A stretch of 63,970 nt of DNA from Campylobacterales bacterium (GTDB lineage: Bacteria > Campylobacterota > Campylobacteria > Campylobacterales > JALSKU01). Within the stretch, counting starts at the first letter, position 1, and each line of letters starts with the position of its first letter. The stretch lies in assembly GCA_027044945.1 (NCBI GenBank), contig JALUBK010000026.1:14481-78450 (forward strand). The letters are read 5' to 3'. A program made the translations under genes and the position numbers. Positions 12,083 to 22,829 of this stretch are shown here, in pieces. The notes under the pieces are model-generated. The model was not told the DNA's origin. It ran no database searches and saw only the letters and a list, made by a program, of their open reading frames with translations.

Positions 12083-12175
12083 TTAAGAAAAAGATTATAC
12101 TGAAAATTTTATTAAATAAAGTTTAATAAGTAAATAGATATAATTTTATATAAAAAAATAAAATGAAGGAATTAA

Positions 12176-13435
12176 TTGAACAATATCAGGACAAAGAATA
12201 GCAAAAATAATAGTTTTTATTTATTAAATAGATCTTTTTTGTTAAAAAAAATTAATAATTCTAAGAGTTCAAAATATAAAACTTTAATTTTAATCAATAT
12301 TGATTCTTTTGAAGATATTAATGACTATTATGGATATGATTTTGGAGATGAAATTTTAAAACAAGTTTATTCTTGGTTGTCAAAAAATTTACCAAACAAG
12401 AATTCCAAACTTTATAAGCTTGAAGCAGACAATTATGCTATTTTTACAAAAAAATACAAAACAAAAGAAGAGTTAAAAAAATATTTACATTATATTTCTT
12501 CTAAAATTATTAGAACAACTTTTAAAGTTAAAGACAACAGATTGGATATTAGTTTCACAATAGGTGCATCTATAAGCCAACATAACCTTTTAAAACTTGC
12601 TCATACTGCCTTTAAAAGATCAAAAAATAAAAAAACCCAATATGAAATATATTCAGACAATTCACATTTAGAAAATATGCAAGAAAAAAATATAAAAATG
12701 ACCAAAACAATAAAACAAGCTTTGCAAAATCATAAAGTTATTCCATATTTTCAACCAATTTATGATATTAAATTAAACAAAATTGACAAATACGAATCCC
12801 TTATGAGGCTACAATCAAAAGAAAATAAAATACTAAATCCTGTTGATTTTTTAGAAACAGCGAAAAAAACAAAGTTATATCCCAAATTGACAAAAGAGAT
12901 TTTTAATCAAGTTTTAGAAAGTGCAAAATTTTCAAATTGCGAATTTTCTATTAATCTCTCAGTTAATGATATTTTAAACAAAGAAACAAGCCAATTCATT
13001 CTAAAACAACTTGAAAAAAACGATATTGGCTCTTGGCTGGTATTTGAAATACTAGAAAGCGAAGGGATAGAAAATTATAAACAAGTTACTAATTTTTTAA
13101 GAGAATTAAAAGCTTTGGGAGGTAAAATTGCCATAGACGATTTTGGAAGCGGTTATTCAAATTTTGAATATGTTCTTAAATTGGATGTAGATTTTTTAAA
13201 AATAGACGGATCTCTTATAAAAAATATTAATATTAATAAAGATGCTCAAATAATAACAAGCACTATTGTTGATTTTGCAAAAAAATTAAAAATCAAAACT
13301 ATTGCAGAATATGTTCATAACAAAAATGTATATAATATGGTTAAAAATTTAGGTTTTAATTATGCTCAAGGATATTATATAAGTAAGCCGAAATCACAGC
13401 TTATCACATCAAAAAATTTGGATTATTTGTTGTAG
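12176..13435 (+). CDS. Degenerate GGDEF plus EAL domain protein (predicted c-di-GMP phosphodiesterase)
   Basis: The GGDEF position reads YKLEADNY. EAL residues are present (YESLMR, SINLS, FEILESE, DDFGSGYSNF, KIDGS, AQGYY). TTG start with an aaggaa RBS. A TATAAT lies at 12139-12144. Confidence 0.85.
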   Translation: MNNIRTKNSKNNSFYLLNRSFLLKKINNSKSSKYKTLILINIDSFEDINDYYGYDFGDEILKQVYSWLSKNLPNKNSKLYKLEADNYAIFTKKYKTKEELKKYLHYISSKIIRTTFKVKDNRLDISFTIGASISQHNLLKLAHTAFKRSKNKKTQYEIYSDNSHLENMQEKNIKMTKTIKQALQNHKVIPYFQPIYDIKLNKIDKYESLMRLQSKENKILNPVDFLETAKKTKLYPKLTKEIFNQVLESAKFSNCEFSINLSVNDILNKETSQFILKQLEKNDIGSWLVFEILESEGIENYKQVTNFLRELKALGGKIAIDDFGSGYSNFEYVLKLDVDFLKIDGSLIKNININKDAQIITSTIVDFAKKLKIKTIAEYVHNKNVYNMVKNLGFNYAQGYYISKPKSQLITSKNLDYLL

Positions 13436-13438
13436 TTA

Positions 13439-14050
13439 TTACATCCATCTTGCCATGATTGCATCTACATCGTCCCAGCTAATAGATTTTTTATCTTTAA
13501 AAATATGATATATATATCTTGCAAACATATCAGTTTCTATATTAACAATCCTACCAATTTTATACTCTTTGAAAAGTGTATTTTCAACAGTAATTGGTAT
13601 AATAGTGAGTCTAAAACTATCTTTAAAAACATCGTTTATCGTTAAGCTGACTCCATCTATTGCTATACTTCCTTTTGGTATAATAAATTTCATAAATTCT
13701 GTTGGGATTGAAATAAAAAAATCATAACTTATTCCATTTTTTATTATTTTTTCAATTTTTCCCTTACAATCAATATGCCCTTGCAAAATATGCCCCTCTA
13801 ATCTATCACTTAATTTCATAGCAGGTTCAATATGGACATTATTGTTATAATAATTCTCCAAAGCAATAACTTTTTTGCTTTCACTAGAAATATCTACTTC
13901 AAAACTATTGCTATCAGCTTTTACAACACTCAAACAAGCACCATTTATCGCAATAGAATCGCCAATATTTGGTTTATATTTTGCATTTATTTTTATTTTA
14001 TTTCCAATAAGATTAGCTTTTGCAATTTCTCTAATAACTCCAGTAAACAA
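13439..14050 (-). CDS. ribE: Riboflavin synthase alpha chain
   Basis: MFTGVI start and duplicated lumazine-binding halves (INGACLSV / IDGVSLTI). Confidence 0.9.
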   Translation of the reverse strand: MFTGVIREIAKANLIGNKIKINAKYKPNIGDSIAINGACLSVVKADSNSFEVDISSESKKVIALENYYNNNVHIEPAMKLSDRLEGHILQGHIDCKGKIEKIIKNGISYDFFISIPTEFMKFIIPKGSIAIDGVSLTINDVFKDSFRLTIIPITVENTLFKEYKIGRIVNIETDMFARYIYHIFKDKKSISWDDVDAIMARWM

Positions 14051-14107
14051 TTAAAATCCTTTTTTATATTTAACCTAACATATATTATACTAAAATAAGA
14101 GCTAAAG

Positions 14108-14116
14108 TGCTATAAT
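14108..14116 (+). promoter_or_regulatory. Extended -10 promoter candidate (TGcTATAAT) for mnmG
   Basis: tgctataat lies 28 nt upstream of the ATG at 14144, with a ggag RBS between them. Confidence 0.4.
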
Positions 14117-14143
14117 AATACTTTAATTTTTATGGAGAAATAA

Positions 14144-16006
14144 ATGAAATTTGATATTATCGTTATTGGTGGTGGTCATGCAGGTATAGAAGCAGCTTTA
14201 AGTTCTGCAAGATTGGGTAAAAAAACCTTGCTTATTACTATACTTGTTGAGCAAATTGGAGCAGCCAGTTGTAATCCAGCTATTGGAGGTCTTGCAAAAG
14301 GTCATCTTGTAAAAGAAATTGATGCCCTAGGCGGTCAAATGGGGATTACCACCGATAACACAGCTATTCAATTTAGAACCTTAAACAGTTCAAAAGGACC
14401 TGCTGTTAGAGGAAGTCGAGCTCAAATAGATATGGATAGATACAGAATATTTATGAGAAATATTTGTCTAAATACTGAAAATCTCTATCTTAAACAAGAA
14501 ATAGCAGATAAAATTATAGTCGAAAATGAAGAAGTTACAGGAGTTATAACAAATTTAAAAAACCAATACAGAGCTAAAAAAGTTATTATAACTTCTGGAA
14601 CTTTTCTAAAAGGACTTATTCATATTGGAGATTTTAGACAAAAAGCAGGAAGATTTGGAGAATTCCCATCAAACAAACTAAGCGATTCTTTAAAAAGTTT
14701 AGGATTGAATGTTCAAAGATTAAAAACTGGAACTTGTGCAAGAATAGATGCAAAAACTATTGATTTTTCAAAAATGGAACTTCAAGATGGAGACACTCCG
14801 CCTGTTCCTTTTAGTTTTAGAACAGATAAAACAAATTTCAATCCGAAGCAACTTCCTTGTTATATAACTTATACAAATGAAACTACACATAAAATTATAG
14901 AAAATAATTTTTACAGAGCTCCTTTATTTACAGGACAAATAGAAGGAGTAGGCCCTAGATATTGCCCAAGTATCGAAGATAAAGTAAATCGTTTTAGCGA
15001 TAAAGACAGACATCATCTTTTTATGGAACCTCAAACGAAGGAGGCAACAGAGTATTATATAAATGGACTTACAACATCTTTGCCAGTAGATACACAAATC
15101 GAAATGATACATTCTATAAAAGGTTTAGAAAATGCAAAAATTGTTAGATACGGATATGCCATAGAGTATGATTTTATTGATCCGACCGAGCTTAAACATT
15201 CATTAGAAACAAAAAAAATCAAAGGTTTATATTGTGCTGGTCAAATAAACGGAACAACAGGATACGAAGAAGCTGCAGCTCAAGGATTTATGGCAGGGGT
15301 AAATGCAAGTTTAAGTTGTGATAAAAAAGAACCTTTAATATTTAGACGAGATGAAGCATATATCGGAGTTTTAATAGACGACTTGGTAACAAAAGGAACG
15401 AAAGAACCTTATAGAATGTTTACTAGTCGAGCAGAATACAGACTCCTTTTAAGAGAGGATAATGCTGATATTAGATTGATGAGTTATGGATACAAATTGG
15501 GATTGATTGATGAAGAAACATATCAAAAAATGCTTTATAAAAAAGAGCAGACTAACAAAGGCTTGAGTTTACTTGAAAATAGTTTTTTAACCCCTTCAAA
15601 AGAAAATAATGCTTTTTTAAATTCCATAAATGAAGATAAAATTTCCGATAAAGTTGAACTTAAAAAAATAGTAGCTAGAAAAAGTTTTACTATTGACAAA
15701 TTGGATAAACTTGTTGATGATTTTAAAAATTTGCCTTTAAATATAAAAGAACAAATTTTAATAGAAGCAAAATATTACAATTACATACAAAAACAAAAAG
15801 CCCAAATAGATAAAATGAAAAATTTAATGGATTTAAAAATACCAAAAGAGTTAGAAATCGACAAAATATCAGGTTTAAGCAACGAAATCAAAGAAAAATT
15901 AAAAAAAATCAATCCTCCGACACTTTTCGCTGCAAGCGAAATAAGCGGAGTTACTCCAGCAGCCATAGACATACTGCAAATATGCATAAAACTACATAAT
16001 AAATAA
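14144..16006 (+). CDS. mnmG: tRNA uridine 5-carboxymethylaminomethyl modification enzyme MnmG (GidA)
   Basis: [13 protein letters not shown] motif, 620 aa. Confidence 0.95.
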   Translation: MKFDIIVIGGGHAGIEAALSSARLGKKTLLITILVEQIGAASCNPAIGGLAKGHLVKEIDALGGQMGITTDNTAIQFRTLNSSKGPAVRGSRAQIDMDRYRIFMRNICLNTENLYLKQEIADKIIVENEEVTGVITNLKNQYRAKKVIITSGTFLKGLIHIGDFRQKAGRFGEFPSNKLSDSLKSLGLNVQRLKTGTCARIDAKTIDFSKMELQDGDTPPVPFSFRTDKTNFNPKQLPCYITYTNETTHKIIENNFYRAPLFTGQIEGVGPRYCPSIEDKVNRFSDKDRHHLFMEPQTKEATEYYINGLTTSLPVDTQIEMIHSIKGLENAKIVRYGYAIEYDFIDPTELKHSLETKKIKGLYCAGQINGTTGYEEAAAQGFMAGVNASLSCDKKEPLIFRRDEAYIGVLIDDLVTKGTKEPYRMFTSRAEYRLLLREDNADIRLMSYGYKLGLIDEETYQKMLYKKEQTNKGLSLLENSFLTPSKENNAFLNSINEDKISDKVELKKIVARKSFTIDKLDKLVDDFKNLPLNIKEQILIEAKYYNYIQKQKAQIDKMKNLMDLKIPKELEIDKISGLSNEIKEKLKKINPPTLFAASEISGVTPAAIDILQICIKLHNK

Positions 16007-16029
16007 GGACACCTTTAAAAACAGGTGTC
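16006..16029. terminator. GC-rich hairpin between convergent genes
   Basis: ggacacct[ttaaaaac]aggtgtcc. There is no canonical U-tract on either strand. Confidence 0.45.
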
Positions 16030-16037
16030 CCAAAAAA

Positions 16038-16538
16038 TTAATAATTTACAATAATTCTTAATCTTATTCTACTTAAAGGACGATCACTGTATTTTATGAT
16101 AGTTTTTCCTTTGTAATTACCTATATTTTTATAACCTATAAATTTTTCTTCTTCTTTTTCGTTGTATTTTGTTACACATTTTCTTTGAGTTCTATATGAT
16201 GTTGAACCTCCACTGTTATTGTTTGATAAATTTTTTCCAACCAATGTTCCTATTATTGCACCTCCAACTGTAGCAGCTGTTTTTCCACCACCTCCACCTA
16301 CTTGGTGTCCTAAAATTCCTCCAGCAACTCCTCCTATCAAAGCTCCTAAAGCCCCATTGTTTGTTCCACTAGAAACAGGCACTTGTTCGTTCCAACATTC
16401 TTGATATGGAGTTCTTGTTGTTACCATTTTATAAATAGGTTCACTATTTATAACTGGAATTGAATCGTTAAAACTAATACTGTCTGCCATCAAAGAAAAT
16501 GAAGATAAAATTAAAATTATTCCAATAATTTTTTTCAT
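16038..16538 (-). CDS. Secreted glycine-zipper protein (YcfJ / 17-kDa antigen-like)
   Basis: Signal peptide MKKIIGIILILSSFSLMA without a lipobox Cys, followed by GALGALIGGVAGGILGHQVGGGGG. Confidence 0.7.
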   Translation of the reverse strand: MKKIIGIILILSSFSLMADSISFNDSIPVINSEPIYKMVTTRTPYQECWNEQVPVSSGTNNGALGALIGGVAGGILGHQVGGGGGKTAATVGGAIIGTLVGKNLSNNNSGGSTSYRTQRKCVTKYNEKEEEKFIGYKNIGNYKGKTIIKYSDRPLSRIRLRIIVNY

Positions 16539-16592
16539 TTTTTGCCCCCTTTTAATTTTTTATATGTTATTATACAATAAAATTTTAAATAT

Positions 16593-17474
16593 TTGGATTT
16601 GCAAGTGAAACATTTAATAAATACTATTGATTTTACGAAACAAGAGATAGAGGATTTATTTAAAAGAGCAAAAGATTTTCTTGATAAAAAACCAAGAAAT
16701 ATCTTAGCAGGAAAAAGTATTATTACTATTTTTTTTGAAAATTCCACAAGAACTAAAAGTAGTTTTGAAATGGCAAGCAAAAGATTGGGAGCTAATGTCA
16801 TCAGTCTTGATGTTTCAAAAAGTTCTTCCAGCAAAGGTGAAACTCTTTTTGATACAGCTGCAAATTTAGATGCTATGAGTCCAAATGCTATCATAATTAG
16901 ACACAAAAATGCAGGTGTTCCAAAAATACTTTCAAATTATCTTCACTGTCCTATTATAAATGGAGGTGATGGAAGTCATGTTCATCCTACTCAAGCACTT
17001 TTAGATTTATTTACAATCAAACAATATATTTCAGATTTAAAAGGTAAAAAAATTGCGATTGTGGGAGATATTAAAAATTCAAGAGTTGCAAATAGCAATA
17101 TTGAACTATTAAGCCGTTTTGGACTTGATATAGTTTTAATAGCACCTCCTCATTTTATGCCAAAAACAAATTTAAAAAAATATTATGATTTAAAAAGTGG
17201 AACAAAAGATGTTGATATAATCATGAGTTTAAGAACACAAACAGAAAGACATACAAACCAAATATATGGTTCTTTAAAAGATTATGCAAATGACTTTTGC
17301 ATTACAAAAGAAATTTTACAAGATAAAAATGTATTGCTTTTGCATCCAGGACCTGTAAATAGAAATATAGACATATCCGATGCATGTATGAAAGATCCAA
17401 GATGCAAAGTATTAGAGCAGGTAAAAAATGGTGTAGCCATTAGAATGGCAGTTTTAGAAAAATTAATAGGATAA
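16593..17474 (+). CDS. pyrB: Aspartate carbamoyltransferase catalytic subunit
   Basis: FFENSTRT and HPTQALLD motifs. The true start may be the GTG at 16605 (MKHLI...). Confidence 0.93.
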   Translation: MDLQVKHLINTIDFTKQEIEDLFKRAKDFLDKKPRNILAGKSIITIFFENSTRTKSSFEMASKRLGANVISLDVSKSSSSKGETLFDTAANLDAMSPNAIIIRHKNAGVPKILSNYLHCPIINGGDGSHVHPTQALLDLFTIKQYISDLKGKKIAIVGDIKNSRVANSNIELLSRFGLDIVLIAPPHFMPKTNLKKYYDLKSGTKDVDIIMSLRTQTERHTNQIYGSLKDYANDFCITKEILQDKNVLLLHPGPVNRNIDISDACMKDPRCKVLEQVKNGVAIRMAVLEKLIG

Positions 17475-17477
17475 AAA

Positions 17478-19202
17478 ATGAACGAGTGGGATTTAAAAGA
17501 TTTATTTAAAAATGATCAACAATTGGAAAATAGTGTAAAAAAAACAGAAATTAAAGCTATAAAATTTGAAAAAAAATATAAAAATAAATTATCAAAAATG
17601 GATGTTAAACAATTCCTAAAAGCTTTAAAAGAATATGAAAATATATCAAATAATATCGGCAGAGCAGGAACTTATGCTTTTTTAAAATTTGCAAAAAATT
17701 CTGACAATGGAAGTTTTTATGCAAAATATTCTCAAAAATTTACTCAAATTTCAGAACATTTACTTTTTTTTGAATTAGAGTTTAATAAATTAAGCAGAAA
17801 AACACAAAATCAAATTATAAAAACAACAAAAAAATATAATTATTTTTTAGAAAAATTAAAAAAAGAGAAAAAACATCAACTCTCTCAAAAAGAAGAAAAA
17901 ATTCTCCTTAAAAAAAGTCAAACCAGTTCAAGAGCATTTAGTCGATTATTTGATGAACATTTCAGTAGGTTAAAATTTTCCTTCAAAGGAGATAAAATCA
18001 GCGAAGAAGAAATACTTTCTAAACTTTATGATAAAAAAAGAAAAGTAAGAGCAAGTGCAGCAAAATCATTAACAAAACAGTTAAATAATAATTTACATTT
18101 GACTTCATATATTTATAATATGATAAAAAAAGATTTAAAAATAGAATGTGATATAAGAAATTATAAAACCGTAGAAGAACCAAGGCACATAGACAATCAA
18201 ATCACTCAAAAAAGTGTTGATGCCCTTATAAATACAACAAGTAAAAATTTTCATCTCTCAAGCGAATATTATATGCTCAAAAAAGATATATTGGGTTATG
18301 ATAAACTTTATGATTATGATAGATATGCACCTTATATTCAAGAAAATGATAAAATTCCTTTTAAGGAGGCAAAAGAACTTGTTTTGAACTCTTTTAAAGC
18401 ATTTGATGAAGAATTTTATAATATTGCTTTACAGGCTTTGGAAAATGGTTGGTGTGATGTTTTTCCAAAAGATAAAAAAAGAGGAGGAGCTTTTTCTCAT
18501 CCAGCATCAACAGATACTCATCCTTATGTTATGTTAAATTATACAGGTCAAAGAAGAGATATTTTTACAATAGCTCATGAATTAGGTCATGCCATCCATC
18601 AATCTTTATCCAGAAAAGTTGGGTATTTAGAAAGTGATACACCTTTGACTACATCTGAAACAGCTTCGGTATTTGCAGAAATGCTACTTTTTGATTATAT
18701 TAAAAATATTACTCCAAAAGAGGAACTTTTAGCACTCTATGGAGGAAAATTGGAAGATATATTTGCTACTTTGTTTAGACAAATAATTTTTACTAATTTT
18801 GAAAGAAGAGTTCATTCAAAAGAGGATGAAGTAAGCATTGATGATTTCAATCAATATTGGATAGAAGAAAATCAAAAAATGTTTGGAGATAGTGTAGAAT
18901 TAACCAACGAATACAAAGTATGGTGGAGCTATATTCCACATTTTATACATACTCCTTTTTATTGTTATGCTTATAGCTACGGACAACTTTTAGTCATGGC
19001 ATTATATGGTCTTTATAAAAATAAAGCTAAAAATTTTAAAAAACATTATAAAAAATTTCTTTCCAGTGGAGGTAGCAAAAGTCCAAAAGAACTTATAGGA
19101 ATGTTTGGATTTGATATAGAAGATGAAAATTTTTGGCAAATTGGAATAAATGAAGTTTCACAAATGTTAAATAAATTCAAGGAAATAAAAAATGATTCAT
19201 GA
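17478..19202 (+). CDS. pepF: M3-family oligoendopeptidase F
   Basis: HELGHAIH zinc motif, 574 aa. Confidence 0.88.
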   Translation: MNEWDLKDLFKNDQQLENSVKKTEIKAIKFEKKYKNKLSKMDVKQFLKALKEYENISNNIGRAGTYAFLKFAKNSDNGSFYAKYSQKFTQISEHLLFFELEFNKLSRKTQNQIIKTTKKYNYFLEKLKKEKKHQLSQKEEKILLKKSQTSSRAFSRLFDEHFSRLKFSFKGDKISEEEILSKLYDKKRKVRASAAKSLTKQLNNNLHLTSYIYNMIKKDLKIECDIRNYKTVEEPRHIDNQITQKSVDALINTTSKNFHLSSEYYMLKKDILGYDKLYDYDRYAPYIQENDKIPFKEAKELVLNSFKAFDEEFYNIALQALENGWCDVFPKDKKRGGAFSHPASTDTHPYVMLNYTGQRRDIFTIAHELGHAIHQSLSRKVGYLESDTPLTTSETASVFAEMLLFDYIKNITPKEELLALYGGKLEDIFATLFRQIIFTNFERRVHSKEDEVSIDDFNQYWIEENQKMFGDSVELTNEYKVWWSYIPHFIHTPFYCYAYSYGQLLVMALYGLYKNKAKNFKKHYKKFLSSGGSKSPKELIGMFGFDIEDENFWQIGINEVSQMLNKFKEIKNDS

Positions 19203-19659
19203 TATCGTTAGTAAAAATATTTTTAGGAAGTTAATGATTAAAAATTGCGAAGGTATTATCCAATTTTTATTTGATGAAAATATAGAATTTTCAATACTTG
19301 CTTCTCTTGAAAATATCAGTTTCAACCCAGAGTTACCAAAATATATAATGGATGATTTTAAACCTATAGCTCTTTTTACTTTGTCAGGTTATACTTATCA
19401 AAGTGCTAAAATTCAAGATCAAATATTAACTTTTGAAGCAGGATTTGGAAGAGAAAATTTTGGAACTTTTGTTAGTGTGCCTTTATATTCTATTTTACAA
19501 ATAATTATTGAAAACACCCCGATTTTTATCAATCTATCAACTCCACCTGACAAAGATGAAAAAAATGAAAAAACAAATACTAAAAATGGAATAAAAAAGT
19601 CAATGGACATTTTTCTTTCCAATCCAAATAATAAAAAATTAATAAAAAATAAAAAATAA
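19192..19659 (+). CDS. Hypothetical protein, possibly an SspB-like ClpXP adaptor
   Basis: FEAGFGRENFGTFVSVPLYSILQII resembles E. coli SspB FNARFGGIPRQVSVPLAAVLAIY. It is followed by a low-complexity linker and a basic C-terminal tail. Confidence 0.45.
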   Translation: MIHDIVSKNIFRKLMIKNCEGIIQFLFDENIEFSILASLENISFNPELPKYIMDDFKPIALFTLSGYTYQSAKIQDQILTFEAGFGRENFGTFVSVPLYSILQIIIENTPIFINLSTPPDKDEKNEKTNTKNGIKKSMDIFLSNPNNKKLIKNKK

Positions 19660-19726
19660 TCATATTATTATAATTTTATTATTTTTTGATATAATAAAGA
19701 ATAAATAATAATTAAATAGAGATAAT

Positions 19727-21775
19727 ATGAAAAAAATTTTGAATGAATTAAACGAAGAACAAAAAATAGCAGCAAAAACAGTAGATGGACCTTTGCTCAT
19801 TCTAGCAGGAGCCGGAAGCGGAAAAACAAAAACAATAACAACAAGACTTGCTTATCTGTTATCCGCTGGAATAGATCCGGCAAATACACTTACTTTAACT
19901 TTTACAAATAAAGCTGCGAATGAAATGAGAGAAAGAGCACTTTCTATATTGGGCAGTAACATTTCTTATCCTCCTTTATTATGCACTTTTCATAAATTTG
20001 GCTTACTTTTTTTAAAATTTAATATTGATAAAATAAATAGAAAAAATAATTTTGTTATTATTGACACAAACGATAAAAAAAGAATTATAAAAAATTTGGG
20101 TTGCGATTTACCTATATCTTTGGTAGCAAGTGAAATCTCAAGATACAAAAATTCCCTTATTTCGCCAGAAATTGCAGAAGCAAAATCGATACAGCCAAAT
20201 TATAAAATAATAGCTTCTGTTTATAAACAATATGAAGAATATATAGAAAAAAACAATTTAGTTGATTTTGACGATTTATTATCACTTACATATAAAATTT
20301 TAGATGAAAATGATGATATTTGTAAACAAACAAGCGATAGATATCATTATATTATGGTTGATGAATATCAAGATACAAATGATTTACAATATAAACTTCT
20401 CAAAAAACTTTGTTCTAATCATCAAAATATTTGTGTTGTTGGAGATGATGATCAAAGTATATATGGCTGGAGGGGAGCAAATATAAAAAATATATTGGAA
20501 TTTCCTGAAGAGTTTCCAAATGCAAAAATAATAAAATTAGAAAAAAATTATCGTTCAACAAATCAAATATTAAAAACAGCTAACAACCTTATAGAACACA
20601 ACAGGGGAAGACTTGGGAAAAAACTTGAAAGCATCAAAGGCGATGGCAAAGAGATAGATTTCATAGAATGCGAAAATGAAACAGTAGAAGCCAATATCAT
20701 CGGAAATCGCATTAAAAAATTGATTGAAAGCGGGGTCAAACCTCAAAATATAGCAATTCTTTATAGAATCAATGCACTTAGCAGATCTATCGAAGAAGGA
20801 TTAAACAGGACACAAGTGCCATATAAAATGGTTGGGGGAGTGAAATTTTATGAAAGAGCAGAGATAAAAGATATCATTAGTTATTTAAGAATTATAGCAA
20901 ATCCAAATGATGACTTTTCTTTTAAAAGAATTATCAATAGACCAAAAAGAGGTATCGGCAAAATAAGTATTAACAAAATTGTAAAAGCAGCATACAAGCA
21001 AAAACAATCAATTTTTCAATTTTTAGATAAAAATATAAATTTGGCAACAAAAAGTATTAGTAGCAAAAAAAGTATTGTTGAAATTAAAAAATTTATTAAA
21101 AACTTAAAAAAACTTAAAAAAGAATTAAATACATCAACATACGAATTTATAGATTTATTAGAAGAAACTTTTCATTTAAAAGAGTATTATCAAAAATTAC
21201 CCGATTCTATAGAAAAAATTGCAAATATAGATGAATTTTACGGACTTTTTAGAGATTTTATTATTGTTCATCCGGAAGCAAACTTGGATGATTTTTTAAA
21301 TGATATAGCCTTACAAAGCGATCAAGACCAAATTGATAAAGAAAGCATATCCATAATGAGTATTCATGCAAGTAAAGGATTGGAATTTGATTATTTATTT
21401 GTTATTGGTTTAGAAGAGGGTTTTTTTCCAATAAATGGGGATGGAAGCGATATAGAAGAGGAAAGAAGACTTGGATATGTAGCCATAACAAGAGCGAAAA
21501 AAGAATTAACTCTTAGTCATTCCAATAGCAGATTTTACAAAGGCAGAAGAACAAATCTAAGTAAAAGTAGATTTTTAAGCGAATGTGGAATATGTAAAGG
21601 TAGTTTAAATCTTGAAAAAACAACAACATTCAAAAAAGGAGATTTGATAAAACATAAAATTTTTGGAATGGGAAGAGTTTTAGAAGTTAATAAAATAAAA
21701 AGAGAATTCAAACTAAAAATCAATTTTGGTGGAACCAAAAGAGATATATTAGCATCATTTGTAGAAAAAATATGA
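19727..21775 (+). CDS. pcrA: UvrD/PcrA/Rep-family ATP-dependent DNA helicase
   Basis: AGAGSGKT Walker A and DEYQDTN motif, 682 aa. Confidence 0.88.
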   Translation: MKKILNELNEEQKIAAKTVDGPLLILAGAGSGKTKTITTRLAYLLSAGIDPANTLTLTFTNKAANEMRERALSILGSNISYPPLLCTFHKFGLLFLKFNIDKINRKNNFVIIDTNDKKRIIKNLGCDLPISLVASEISRYKNSLISPEIAEAKSIQPNYKIIASVYKQYEEYIEKNNLVDFDDLLSLTYKILDENDDICKQTSDRYHYIMVDEYQDTNDLQYKLLKKLCSNHQNICVVGDDDQSIYGWRGANIKNILEFPEEFPNAKIIKLEKNYRSTNQILKTANNLIEHNRGRLGKKLESIKGDGKEIDFIECENETVEANIIGNRIKKLIESGVKPQNIAILYRINALSRSIEEGLNRTQVPYKMVGGVKFYERAEIKDIISYLRIIANPNDDFSFKRIINRPKRGIGKISINKIVKAAYKQKQSIFQFLDKNINLATKSISSKKSIVEIKKFIKNLKKLKKELNTSTYEFIDLLEETFHLKEYYQKLPDSIEKIANIDEFYGLFRDFIIVHPEANLDDFLNDIALQSDQDQIDKESISIMSIHASKGLEFDYLFVIGLEEGFFPINGDGSDIEEERRLGYVAITRAKKELTLSHSNSRFYKGRRTNLSKSRFLSECGICKGSLNLEKTTTFKKGDLIKHKIFGMGRVLEVNKIKREFKLKINFGGTKRDILASFVEKI

Positions 21776-22602
21776 ATAAACTTTTTGTCGTCAATAAACC
21801 AACTGATATTAGCTCTAACAATTATTTAAGACAGATAAAAAGAAAATACAATACTAAAAAAGCAGGATATTCTGGAACTCTTGACCCTTTCGCAAAAGGA
21901 TGTTTAATAGTAGCCTTTGGGCAATATACAAAACTTTTTAGATTTCTTAAAAAATCTCCAAAAAAGTATAAAGCTACTTTGTATCTTGGTGCTATTAGTA
22001 AAACATTAGATATTGAAAAAATTGAAAAGATTTTAAATGTTGAAAAAATTGAAAATCAAAAAATACAAAATGTTTTATCCTCTTTAAAAGGAGAAATAGA
22101 GTATCTTCCTCCAAAATATTGTGCTAAAAAAATTGATGGTAAAAAAGCTTATAAATTGGCAAGAGAAAATAAAGATTTTGAACTTAAAAGAATAAAAAGT
22201 ATTATATATGACTTAAATCTTATCTCCTATGAACACCCTTTTATAACTTTTGATATTACTATTAGTGAAGGTGGATATATAAGAAGTATTGGTGCAATTA
22301 TAGCTGAAAAACTTGGGAGCATCGGAGCATTGAAAGAGCTTGAACGCATTAACGAGGGTGATTTTATATATGAAAACGAAAAAAGTTTAAATCCTTTGCA
22401 ATATTTAAATACTATAGAAAATTTTTATCTTTTGGATAAATTTGATATACTCTTAGGTAAAAAACTTCAAAATAAATCATTTAAAATAGAGCAAGACGGT
22501 ATATATCATATCATAACAGATAATGAATTTGCTATTATAGAAATAAAAAACAAAGAGGTAAAATATCTTTTAAATAAAATAAAATTGGATAAAACATGTT
22601 AG
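21772..22602 (+). CDS. truB: tRNA pseudouridine-55 synthase
   Basis: GTLDPFAKG catalytic Asp motif. Confidence 0.9.
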   Translation: MNKLFVVNKPTDISSNNYLRQIKRKYNTKKAGYSGTLDPFAKGCLIVAFGQYTKLFRFLKKSPKKYKATLYLGAISKTLDIEKIEKILNVEKIENQKIQNVLSSLKGEIEYLPPKYCAKKIDGKKAYKLARENKDFELKRIKSIIYDLNLISYEHPFITFDITISEGGYIRSIGAIIAEKLGSIGALKELERINEGDFIYENEKSLNPLQYLNTIENFYLLDKFDILLGKKLQNKSFKIEQDGIYHIITDNEFAIIEIKNKEVKYLLNKIKLDKTC

Positions 22603-22829
22603 TTCTTTCTAGAAAAATTGGTGAAAGTGTATTTATTGGAAATGATATAGAAGTCAAAATTGTATCAATTTCTAAAGATAAAGTAAAGTTGGGTTTTGAA
22701 GCTCCAAAAGATATATTATTGATACGAGGAGAGTTAAGACTAGCTGTTATGGGTGCAAATATTGAAGCAGGCAAAAGTGTAAAAGATATAACACTTTTAA
22801 AAAACTTACATATTACAAAAAAGAAATAA
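22596..22829 (+). CDS. csrA: Carbon storage regulator CsrA
   Basis: MLVLSRKIGESVFIG and GFEAPKD motifs, 77 aa. Confidence 0.93.
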   Translation: MLVLSRKIGESVFIGNDIEVKIVSISKDKVKLGFEAPKDILLIRGELRLAVMGANIEAGKSVKDITLLKNLHITKKK

